DNA from: Botryllus schlosseri
Lineage: Eukaryota
Direction: 5' to 3'
Length of the DNA stretch: 64,000 nucleotides
Assembly (NCBI GenBank): GCA_051294905.1
Contig: CM119372.1
Location: 14,820,001 to 14,884,000 of the forward strand
Below the pieces are notes generated by a model. That model did not search any database, was not told where the DNA came from, and was given only the letters and a program-made list of their open reading frames with translations. Of the stretch, positions 12,428 to 23,284 are shown piece after piece. The stretch's first letter is position 1. Each line of letters begins with the position of its first letter. The position numbers were made by a program, and so were the translations under genes.

Positions 12428-13431
12428 GTGTGAACCCCTGAAAGGTTCAGGTTCGTGTGAACGCGGACCTTTTTGAAAGGTTCTGTGTTAACGCGAATGT
12501 GAACCCTATGACGTCATGTGGCGTCTTATTGCTACTTGCAACCATACATTTCAGTGAAGTGATACGTACAGTCGTACACAATACCTAGCGACGACTCAGG
12601 ATATACACTATGCCACAATGGTTAAGTACATGCTGACTTTTTAAACGTCACCATATTTATCAACTGGAGCAATCAAATGCTATAATAATCCAATAAAATC
12701 AATATCTTCCGTCGCTTTGCCGACAATTTCAACGTGGACTTGCAAGGGCATATAAGCGTTCGCCTCAATGGTCCAGGCCAGACCGGTCAATGTGTTGGGC
12801 TTCTGACTATATTGCTACATTGATATTTTGCAGAGTGTAAAACGGGTTTCTATACTTATTGCTTCTGATATTATCTTATGAACAAGTTATACAGTTGCCA
12901 ACACCTCAATCACATGGATTTGGTTTTTATGATACAATATACATATCAAACCAAGATAGATCTCGTACGCCTACTAGATTTTTTTACATTAGGCAACGAT
13001 GTATTATTTATATCAATTTCATTGGTTGGATGAATAAGCATCATTTGCAGACTACCAACAAGTAATGTTGTGTGATTGCGGGTCAAGCTCAAAGCAGCAG
13101 AGAGTCACGAGATGACTAGATATTCACAAACGGAAAGCTGAATATTTCGAGCAAACTTTTGCAACAAAGCAAGTAAAATTTTAGAGATTGGTAAGGTACA
13201 TGCTCGTTTAGGGTTGTTTATTTTATGCTGCCAGCGCCATGCATACGGTGGTCCGAAGTTGAAATGCAAATACTTTTAACCAAAGATGTTACAATGACAT
13301 GAAAATTTGTATTGTATGAAAAAGGTTCACAGTGCAGAACCTACCAAGGTTCGTTTGTGAACGTGAACCTCTACATTTATGAGGTTCACACACAGAAAGC
13401 GAACGTGAACCTCACGTTCACATCATCCCTA
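12428..13431. mobile_element. Family A copy, uninterrupted (about 1 kb), ending 90 bp upstream of the paralog A promoter motif
   Basis: Colinear with 3372-7042 once the nested inserts are removed. Right end ..CACATCATCCCTA; left TIR rearranged. Confidence 0.85.
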
Positions 13432-13521
13432 CACTGATATTAACCTTTTTTACAAACACCATCCTAACAATCTATCGGCAAGTTACGAAAAACAGTGCCT
13501 CAGGTGATTCAGCAGAATTTC

Positions 13522-13598
13522 GTTATGTAATACCTTGCATAACACTTAAATTTTAGATGCGACATTGTCGTTCATGTTTGGCTCATTGCCTATATATA
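13522..13598 (+). promoter_or_regulatory. Promoter of SOUL paralog A: inverted double D-box/CEBP-like site plus TATA
   Basis: GTTATGTAATACCTTGCATAAC at 13522-13543 (21/22 identical to the site upstream of paralog D); TATATATA at 13591-13598. Confidence 0.65.
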
Positions 13599-13697
13599 CC
13601 GTGCACTTTCAGCAGACAGTCAAAACAAGCTGATTGAATCGAACCAGACGGCAATCAAAGAAGAATTTCACTACGGCAAGAACTGCATCAAGTGACA

Positions 13698-14745
13698 ATG
13701 AATCTAGTAACAATTTCAACCGTCGTAGCCGTAGCGATAACCTGTCTCAGTGGCGACGTCGTCACAGCACAAGACTCGGTTTCCGATTACGGTCAAATTG
13801 AGATTGCACCCTATAAGACTGTCGAACGTTTCAATGAGGTAAGCTACATTTGGCGTTCTCCAGTCAGTGAGATGACGTGCTTACAACGCTGTCTTATTGT
13901 AGGACACCCCACGTTACGCTTACGAAGAGAGGATATACCCAGCTGCATGGTGGGTTGCGACAAAATCTAATAATGGCTTCAACCAACTTTTTTCCTACAT
14001 CAGCGGCATGAACGCGAATGGTAAAATCATATCTATCATTACTAACCAACAACGCTCAAGCGATATTTCTTTCTCTGTATAGGAACTAAAATTGCTATGA
14101 CGGCCCCTGTTTTGAACACGATTTCCCAGACTGAAAGCGGGTACTCTTCTGAAATGGCCTTCTATATTCCGAAGAAACATCAGGAAAACCCTCCTGAGCC
14201 AACAGGAGACGGTGTTACATTGAAAAAACTCTCACCCATGACTGTCTACGTGAGGTAAGTTGCTTTCCTGGTATATGTTCTACTCTACCTGACAGTCTGG
14301 ATGCCAATATAGCGATATATAAACTGAAACGTTAAACGAGATTAGATGATAATGACCAACTGCTCAGTGCTCACACTTGTCCGGCACCATTGAATTAACA
14401 TGTACTGACTACTGAGGTTCCAGTTAAATAATTTCCCAGGAGACGATGCATACATCAATTAATTCTAATGATAGTTCGATCTTTCATGTGGTTAAATGTG
14501 AGATATAAAAGTCGTTGTATTTTATTTGGGTCCTATCATAATTCCGTTTATTACACCGTTACAGAACGTACGGAGGCTGGTCGAACATCAAGGCAATTCA
14601 ATTTGAACTAAAAAGACTTGTCACATCCTTGAACAGAGATGAAAAGAAATTCCTTAAAGATGACGTGTATACAGCGGGCTACGATAGTCCTATGCGTTTC
14701 TTCAACAGAAGAAACGAAATATGGCTTCTCAAAGATCCTCAATGA
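13698..14745 (+). CDS. HEBP2: SOUL/HEBP-family heme-binding protein, paralog A, 203 aa, predicted signal peptide
   Basis: Exons 13698-13838, 13903-14020, 14083-14254, 14565-14745. All introns GT-AG; 612 nt open frame. SOUL motifs YEERIYP, GFNQLFSYISG-N, KIAMTAPV, MAFYIP, NPPEPT, VYVRTYGGW, AGYDSPMRFFNRRNEIW. Hydrophobic N-terminus MNLVTISTVVAVAITCLSGDVVTA. AATAAA at 14781. Symbol is family-level only. Confidence 0.93.
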
Positions 14746-15684
14746 AAAGGGATGCAATTTCGTTTACTTCGTTATCGTTGAATAAATTTTTACGAAAAAT
14801 ATTTACATTGTGTAGTTGTAGGAATTGTAGCACATCAGTAAGTATATTTATCATCGGGAAAATCGAAAATGGCTCTTAAAAAAAACTAGACATCATATTT
14901 GGACTGCGTCTCCGTGTTTGGCGAGGAGAACCTATAGACGCGTAGCACACTTCCCAGAGAGCTTCCAACACCTGATTGAATCATGGCTGCTGTGTTAGAG
15001 AGCAGTTATCTGACACACGGCGCGATGATAATATTAGCAGGGATACGGGTGGTCAAGTACACCTGGTTTTATGGAATGTTTGTTTGCTGAATCGCTGAGC
15101 ACATATTTTGACCTGGAAATATTACAGACCAGCATAACTCATAAACACCATCCAGCAATGGTCAGTAAGTAGGGATCATTGTACAAAATGCGGAGCCCTG
15201 ACGAATACAGGTGTAAGATAACGTAACGGTTAATCTACGATATCTCGAAATCGGATACTATTTCACGCCTAGAAATACTGTAAACCTCGATAAGTCGTAT
15301 CCCATCATACGGAACATGTAATACAAGGCTAAGTACGTTAGTGGAAATGACATATCTGGTAGTCGTGATCAACCCACAGCATTGTCACAAAGTGCAATGA
15401 AATAGATATGGCATGGAAATATACCAAATAATCCTTAATGTAATGTAGAACTGGCATTATAGTCTTTGTGGTCGCATAAGACGTATATATTTGCACTTAC
15501 CACACGTCATTCATACCGCCGTGACGCGATAATGAGTGATGCTGCATAACTCGACTCGAAACTAGGGATGGTGTGAACCTCTGAAAGGTTCAGGTTCGTG
15601 TGAACGCGAACGTTTTCGAAAGTTCGGTGTGAACGCGAACGTGAACCTCATGACGTCACGTAACGTCATATTGCCAATTCCAAC

Positions 15685-18417
15685 CAGACATGGGGTGATT
15701 ACTTCACGAATGTAATCGATTGCGATTACGATTACTTGTGAATCCCGCGATTACGATTACGATTACAGCAAAATCAGGAAGTAGTCGATTACGATTACGA
15801 TTACATTTCAAAAGTAATCACGATTACTCACGATTACATTTGTTTGGCTTCTTAGAACTAATATATTGGAGTTATTGAAAGACAATAGAAGGCTTGCGAT
15901 GAAGATAAGGTCTTATGAGATAACAACTTTCTTTATAAATCATACGTCATTTGCTTGTTACGTCATAATGCACCCATTGCCCAACTATATGCAGGACTAT
16001 TCGTCGCAGCCAACGATTTGCATTCTTGTCAGGTCCTTAACTGCCACACCCCAAACTTACCAATAGGACCGGGAGCGAGCTCTAAGGGGACCCAAAAGTA
16101 TTTCGTAAATCATAAATTATTATAGAGTATTTGCAAGAGAGTTAATTAACTTGAAAATTTTCTTCGAGCTTCGGGATCTAATGTCTCTAAATAGCTTGAT
16201 TTTGAAATGCATACCTCTCCCTCTCAAGAAAAAAAGCCTGCATAATTTATAGGAATATGCATTTCGGTGACCGTCATTGCCCCGGTACGACACACCAAAA
16301 GACGTATGCAATTTCGGCCAACATGCAACTCCACAAAGTGTGCTACCAAAGAATGACCTTGGCCAAAACTTTGGGTATGTGTCCATTGTCAGTAGCAGCG
16401 CTCTGTGGGCGTGACGAATAATCTGGTCCCTCCAATCTGAGCCCCAACAATGCAAATGCTAGCAAGGGTACTCACAGAAGAATGAAGACATGACAATTTG
16501 TGTGTGCGTCTCACGAAAATTTTCTTATAGTCTGCTACGTTTGGGCGAGTGCAGTATCTTTTGATTATATAAAAGGCGGGAGGTCACGAATTAACAACAT
16601 ACAATAAAGTAATTATAACAACATACCAGATGCTATAATTATGAATTACGTGTCCCCAGCTCTACCGGTAAATCTGAATGAATAGCAATATAATGCAATT
16701 ACCAATATTAAGACGAAATTCAGTCATCAACTTGAAAACTGACCACCATGGGGCCCCAATACCCAGGGTTGTAATGACTCGAGTCGCGATTTTTTGGTGA
16801 TTAGACTTGACTCGAGTCAATTTTTGTATTGACTCGACTTGTACTCGAGTCATTTTGCATGACTCGAACCAAGTCTTACGACTCGAGACTAGAACGGCCA
16901 AGACAGACATTCCGTGTAACTTCGAAGAATAGTAAGGTTACCACATTATTTGTATTTCGTCTATCATCATGCAGTCCTGGTACATGGAAATAGGGCCGTA
17001 AACTGTGAAAACTGATAAAAATTACTATATTATGAAGACGAGCCATTCTATATCACTCGAGCAGAGTTGAAAAAAGTGGGTAAAACCGGATTGATCTGTA
17101 AACTGATCTGTGAACATAACGACTTGGGCTCGTAGTCGAGTCAAACACTATGACTCGGACTCGACCCTATACTAGCTGACTTGGACTCGGACTTGACTCG
17201 CGGGTGAATTGAAAATGACTCGACCTGACTCGTGTCAAAACTATAAAAGTGAAATTGACTTGTGACTCGTAACATTGTGACTTGGTTACAACCAATGTTC
17301 CCTCTAATTTTTGACGGGTCTGCGCACACTGACCAACTCACTGCGCAGACCCTTGGAAAACAGTGCGTAACAACTAAAAAAGAGGTCATCACTTCGGATT
17401 TTCAGTGCGCAACTTGAATTTTCTGTGCCCAGAGACCGTGAAAGCACTGCGAATTTGCGCACGTGCGCAGCTTAGAGGGAACATTGGTTACAACCCTACC
17501 AATACCAACGATTGGAGTGGGGGCGAATTGCTGTTTTGGTCCTGATTGTACCTAGAACGCACGCTAACATGGTGTATAAGCGGATGGCTATGGCGACAGG
17601 TATAAATGTCGAGTGGAGAATTGTGAAATAACGATTAGCGCCCGTTTCAAGTAGAGTCATATGAGAATAAGATAAAGTGAACTTAAAATTCTACCTTCCA
17701 CTTAATACAGATACTGCAAGGTGCCGTTACGAGAAACGGCAAATAACGGCACGGTTATGATATATATCAGCAGCTGTTGATTTTAACCATCGTAATGTTT
17801 TATTTGACGAGTACAAAATTTCAAATCTTTGTCCGGTGTACGTACAATACATACGTATACTACATAGATAGGCCTACTGCTCGCCAAGCAGCAACGGTCA
17901 AACTGCGTATATCTAAGCATACCCAAACATCAATACATAAGTTACTATTAGAAACCAGGCAGAGTGGTGAATATTATCTTGCTGCGAAATAGTGGCGTCT
18001 GGAGCGTATTGATAACCTGATATACGTCATGGCTTACACTATTCTAACAATCACACAACAATGTACATCGAATACATATTTACTACGTGTGGATACTTCT
18101 TACGCAAGGACGAGCAAAGCTAATGCTTCTGACGTAATAATGAGAAGTGGCGTTTGAAAATCAACCGTTTCCGCTATCAATAACCTGGTATAATATCTCT
18201 TCCTTGTTCACGAATGTTCAGTTATGTCATATTCCTTGTACAAATAAAAAGTAATCGTCCTTTCACAAAAAAATCGATTAGATATGTGAAGTAGTCGATT
18301 ACGATTACGATTACTTTGGATTTTTTTCGAATGTAATCGATTGCGATTACGATTACTTGAAAATGCTGTAATCGTCGTAATCGATTACGATTACTAATCG
18401 CGATTACCCCATGTCTG
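15685..18417. mobile_element. GATTAC-repeat hAT-type element (family F)
   Basis: TIR CAGACATGGGGT / ACCCCATGTCTG; TSD ATTCCAAC; (CGATTA)n subterminal arrays. Confidence 0.88.
16764..17498. mobile_element. Family C MITE with a 194-bp MITE (17293-17486) inserted in its right TIR
   Basis: Outer TSD CCAATACC. Inner TIR CAATGTTCCCTCTAA with TSD GTTACAAC. Confidence 0.88.
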
Positions 18418-19300
18418 ATTCCAACCCTACATTTCAGTGAAGTGATAGCCTATATTAATGTACAACGATACCTAACGAGGACTCGGACCACATAATGTCA
18501 CAATACTGAAGTACATATTGACGTTTTAAACATCGCCAAATGTATCAACTGGGACAATCAAATGATATAGTAATCCCATAAAATCATTATCTTCCGTCGA
18601 TTTGCCAACAATTTCGACCAGGACTTGGAAGGAAATATAAGCTTACGCCTTAACGGTCCAGGCCAGACCGGACGATGTATTCGGTGTCTGAGTATTGCTA
18701 CGTTGATATTAAGCAGAGTATAAAACGGGTTTCTGCACTTGCTACCGATATTCCCCCTTTAACACGTTATACAGCAGTAGCGAACATCCCAATCGCACGG
18801 ATTTGGTTATTATGATTAAATAAACATATGAAATCAAGATTGGCCCCGTACATCAGATAACGATATCAATTTCATTGTTTGGTTGAATAAGCATCATTCG
18901 CTCACTACCTACATATAGGTTATTTCGCTCTTGATGTTATGTGATTGCTGGTCAAGCTCATAGCAGAGAGTCGCTAAATATTCACAAACGGAAAGATGGA
19001 TATTTCGAGCAAACTTTTGTAACGAAGCAAGTAATTTTTTTGAGATTGTCAAGGTGCATGCACGTTGAGTGTTGATTTTTATGCTGCCAGCGCGATGCAT
19101 AGAGTGGGCCGCAGTTGAAATGCAATAAATTTCAACCAAATATGTTATAATGAAGTGAAAATTGTAATATTTGTAAAAGGTTCACAGTGCAGAACCTACC
19201 AAGGTTCGTTTGTAAACGTGAACCTCTAAATTTCCGTGGTTCACACACAGAACGCGAATGTGAACCTCACGTTCACACCATCCCTACTCGAAACCTAATA

Positions 19301-20425
19301 TAGGGTGACGATATTTTTGTGGAGCAAATTCCGGACACTCTTCAGTGCCCACTAGCGGATTTTAGAACGAGGCACGGCACATTGTATGTCAATATGGCGC
19401 CACACAAGCAAAGCTTTGCCTATCGTACAAAAGTGGTCACGATCCGGATCAGGATCCGTTATAATGTTAGGTCGGTGCATTTATGAGGTTGTGTGTCGTA
19501 AGAACCAGTACTGAAACAATATTTTTCTGTCTCTCCCGTCCAAGTAAACACTGGTCTTGAGCCCACCATAGGGTAATCGATGCAACTTCTGGGGAGCTTA
19601 CTATATACTTCTGGTTTCTATAGGCATCTGGTCGCTGAATGCTGTGAAGGAAATCTGTCTATAATATTGGTTCTTCCATATATTGCTATAAAATTTTGGT
19701 CCTCTCTCCGCCCACATGATCATGATGACTTTGAAAATGCAGCGAACGTAATGATACGTCATAAAGTCATGTCATGTCACACGGATAAGACTATTTATGA
19801 GCCTAAATGTCGTTTCGCACCAGCATGTCGCACATCCGGTGGTTTTCCTTTTCAACCCTTTATGATCGTGACTCCATTTCTAATTTGAAAATATTCTGTG
19901 ACCCATCAGCTCAAAATTTGACAAGCTGATCATTGAAAAACGGTCCGCACCTTTGCCCAGACTTACTCACGGCCTATTTTGGAAGCTGATTACGCTCAAT
20001 ATCTTCGCGAACCCCAGAATATACGCAGACGACTCCCAGGTTTACAGCCGCTATCTTTGACTAAAGCATCTAAATGGCCAAGGAATATACCGTTCTCCTA
20101 TAATTGCGATTACAATTAGACTTATTTCAATAATTGATGGTTATTTTTATATATTTTTGATTGCATGTTTGGCGAGGGCGGTGGTTCACATGTTAAAATC
20201 AATGATTGTAACACTAAATCGCGCCCAGTGGAAGGAACAATTTCAAGTGGCATAAATCTGCCCAAAAATAATATCGTTTATGTTGATTTACGAAAAAATT
20301 TTGATACCATTTCAAGCCTTCAAAATTCCGGACATCTAGGCATATTTTAGAATTTCCTCCCGGACGCAGTTTGAACAGTGAAATTTCGGACTTGTCCGGG
20401 AAATTCCGGACGTATGGCAACCCTA
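19301..20425. mobile_element. hAT-type non-autonomous element (TAGGGT.. TIR, CCGGAC subrepeats)
   Basis: TAGGGTGACG / GGCAACCCTA ends; TSD ACCTAATA/GCCTAATA (7/8). Confidence 0.75.
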
Positions 20426-20610
20426 GCCTAATACAATACTCTATTCAAAATCGAACCACTCAGCTCAGGTACTCGGTTTAGCCCCTGGAGGCCCACTCTC
20501 AAGTCATAACTGTAAGTGGAGGGGTATAGAGCAAAAGACTCTATTCACACATGTTTTGATAATAGAAACGATTGTTGATATACGCTGTTCTTTCGAATTC
20601 TCTACTAGTT

Positions 20611-20654
20611 GCTGACGATTACCCCTGACGAGTGTCAGCCGAAAATATTCGGGT
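20611..20654 (+). ncRNA. Minimal type I hammerhead ribozyme (Penelope pLTR)
   Basis: ACCC-CTGACGA-G-TGTCAGC-C-GAAA-ATAT-TC-GGGT: stem I ACCC/GGGT, conserved core, 1-bp stem II, palindromic AATATT stem III, UUC cleavage triplet. Confidence 0.8.
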
Positions 20655-20751
20655 TCATTTTAATATGAATATACTATTCAATTGTATATTGAAGTTCTGT
20701 ACCTCAAAGAAGCTGTTCAGATAATAGAATAGTATATTCATATTGAAATGA

Positions 20752-20795
20752 ACCCGAATATTTTCGACTGACACTCGTCAGGGGTAATCGTCAGC
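20752..20795 (-). ncRNA. Minimal type I hammerhead ribozyme (Penelope pLTR, sense to the ORF)
   Basis: Minus strand reads GCTGACGATT-ACCC-CTGACGA-G-TGTCAGT-C-GAAA-ATAT-TC-GGGT. Confidence 0.8.
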
Positions 20796-21433
20796 AACTA
20801 GTATAGAGAATTGGAAAGAATTTGCAGTTAAAACAATCGTATCACAAAATATGACGTCACCAGCATGGAATGAAATCTCAAAGAAGAGAGATTTCAATGT
20901 ACTCTTTTAAGATGATACACCAACTCCTTCTGTAGACCGAGCTTGGTCTGATGTATTTTGATAAAGGTCGACTGCAAGGCACACAGATGAAAGTGTGAGC
21001 GACCCCTTCCGATGACGCGAAATCTGTCGTATCGATAATTATTTTCACAAGCGGGATTATCCAACAGATGTTTACGAATGGGAGATTTATGTCCTTTGAT
21101 CGCTCAGCATCAAGCTTGAGCTGATGAGCCAGGGGCGAGCTTTTCACCGAGCGTGATGCACGTGTTCTGATAAATCTAGGGACATGCTGGCTTATACGTT
21201 CCTGCAAACGCTTCAACGTTGTTCCAACGTAGCCACAATCACAGTGGCACTTATATTCGTACACTACATTACTTTGTTGAACTGCAGGAAGCACGTCTTT
21301 ACGTGTTGAAGTGAGCAGTTGCGTTGCCGTCAAAATCACATTAGTTTTCACTGTGTCATTCCATGCTGTGACGTCATATTTTGTGATACGATTGTTGATA
21401 TGCAATGTTATTTCCAATTCGCTACTAGTTACT

Positions 21434-21466
21434 ACCCTGACGAGTGTCAGCCGAAAAAATTCGGGT
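21434..21466 (+). ncRNA. Degenerate hammerhead ribozyme copy
   Basis: ACC-CTGACGA-G-TGTCAGC-C-GAAA-AAAT-TC-GGGT. Palindrome broken and upstream GCTGACG lost. Confidence 0.6.
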
Positions 21467-22794
21467 TCATTTCAATATTAATATGCTGCTCAATTGTATA
21501 TTCAAGTTCTGTACCTCCAAGAAGCTATTTTGACAATACGTCATACGACTTTACCATACTGGAACAGTCCCATAAACATTCAGGGGTGGGCAGACCCATT
21601 CCGTGTTCGAGGCGCATATTGCGAAACATAATGTTGCTACACAGCAAACCATCAAAAATACGGATTTAATCACTCGTAATGAATCACAGAATTTCACATT
21701 CCTTGTCGACACTACTGACTGAGAACACTGCAGCTAAACGCTCCAGAACGTATTGACCTGGTAGTATACGTCTCACGCACTTGAAAATACAATGTCCAAA
21801 ACAATAGTTTTAAAGGGGCACCAAGCTCTAAATATGATGTGGTCTCAAATTAAAGATGAAATTGGGAAAAACTGTTTGGCTGCAGCCATTTCCTACAGAA
21901 AGCCGCCGTCATGGAACTGCAGCTAAAAGTTAATTCAAGCTATCCGCATTTCACGCCAGCTGCATAAGCAAAATTTTCAATCCATGGCTGGAAAAATTGG
22001 AAACACCTGAAAGGTTCAGGTTCATGTAAACGCGAACCTTTTTGAAAGGTTCTGTGTAGGGATGGTGTGAACGTGAGTTTCACGTTCGCGTTCTGTGTGT
22101 GAACCTCAGAAATTTAGAGGTTCACGTTCACAAACGAACCTTAGTAGGTTCTGCACTGTGAACCTTTTTCATATATTACAATTTTCACTTCATTATAATG
22201 GCTTTGGTTGAAATTTATTGCGTTTTATCTTCGGGCCACTTTATGCATAGCGCTGGCAGCATAAAAAAGCAACATTAAACGAGCATGCACCCTTCTTGAC
22301 AATCTCAAAAATTTTACTTGCTTTGTTACAAAAGTTTGCTTGAAACATCAAGCTTTTCGTTTGTGAATATTTAATGACTCTCTGCTGTAAGCTTGACCCC
22401 AATCACACAACATCAAGAGCGAAATACACTACATGTAGTCAGCGAATGATGTTTATTGCTTATTCAACCAATCAATGAAATTGATATCGTTGTCTGATGT
22501 AAGAAATCTAGCAGGCGTACGGGTCAATCTTGGATTACCAGAGAACCCGGCCCTTGGAGAACCCGGCCCTACCAACTCGGCCCTCGGAGAACCCGGCCCT
22601 TGGAGAACCCGGCTCTCGACGAACTCGGCCCTCGGGAAATTTTGTATATCAAGCACGTGTGGTCTACTTGTTGTGGTATTCACGGTGTTTTTCGACTACT
22701 CTGGACCTCGGTGAATGCGGCCCTCGAACAATTTTGAATTAAAAATGCATTAAATGTGTACCCGGCCCTCGGGAAATTTTGTATTCACCGGCAA

Positions 22795-23060
22795 TCCTAA
22801 TATCCCACCTCCGTCAACCCTAATATCCTAACCCTACCCCTAATATCCCATCTCCGGCAACCCTAATATCCCACCCCGACAACCCTAACCCTAATATCCC
22901 ACCTCCGGCAACCCTAACCATACCCCTAATATCCCACCCCCGGCAACCCTAATATCCTAACCCTAACCCTAATATCCCCCCTCCCCCAACCCTAGTATCC
23001 TACCCGAACCCAATATTCCACTCCCCGAACCCTAATGTCTCCCTACCCCACCTCAACCTA
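22795..23060. repeat. Degenerate CCCTAA-containing (telomere-like) tandem array
   Basis: Repeated AACCCTAATATCCC(ACCTCCGGC) units with embedded CCCTAACCCTAA. Confidence 0.8.
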
Positions 23061-23126
23061 CAGTTGCATTGCCCTCAACAGCCTGCTCTGACCAACTTCA
23101 CACAATCAATTGAATCAGGTAAATGT

Positions 23127-23284
23127 CACATCTAATATAATGGAATAAAAACGACAAAATCACATCTAATATAAATAAAAACGACAAAATCACATCTAAT
23201 ATAAATAAAAACGACAAAATCACATCTAATATAAATAAAAACGACAGAATCACATCTAATATAAATAAAAATGACAAAATCACA
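23127..23284. repeat. 30-bp minisatellite, about 5 copies
   Basis: Unit CACATCTAATATAAATAAAAACGACAAAAT; explains the repetitive ORF at 23098-23283. Confidence 0.9.

Larger units (their letters stand above)
15563..19286. mobile_element. Family A copy with nested insertions
   Basis: TIR TAGGGATGGTGTGAAC at both ends; TSD CTCGAAAC (15555-15562, 19287-19294). Confidence 0.9.
20568..21535 (-). mobile_element. 5'-truncated Penelope-like retroelement: GIY-YIG endonuclease remnant with inverted pLTR copies
   Basis: Minus-strand RKDVLPAVQQSNVVYEYKCHCDCGYVGTTLKRLQERISQH (VVY..C.C..YVG = GIY-YIG of Penelope-like elements), frameshifted afterwards. Three copies of the pLTR, each with a hammerhead core. 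Confidence 0.85.

Noticed and set aside
22795..23060. True telomere or chromosome-fusion scar
   Set aside because: The array is degenerate, in one orientation only, and enclosed by transposon TIRs.
23098..23283. Hydrophobic repeat ORF (ILSFLFILDV)n
   Set aside because: Translation of a 30-bp minisatellite inside a transposon.
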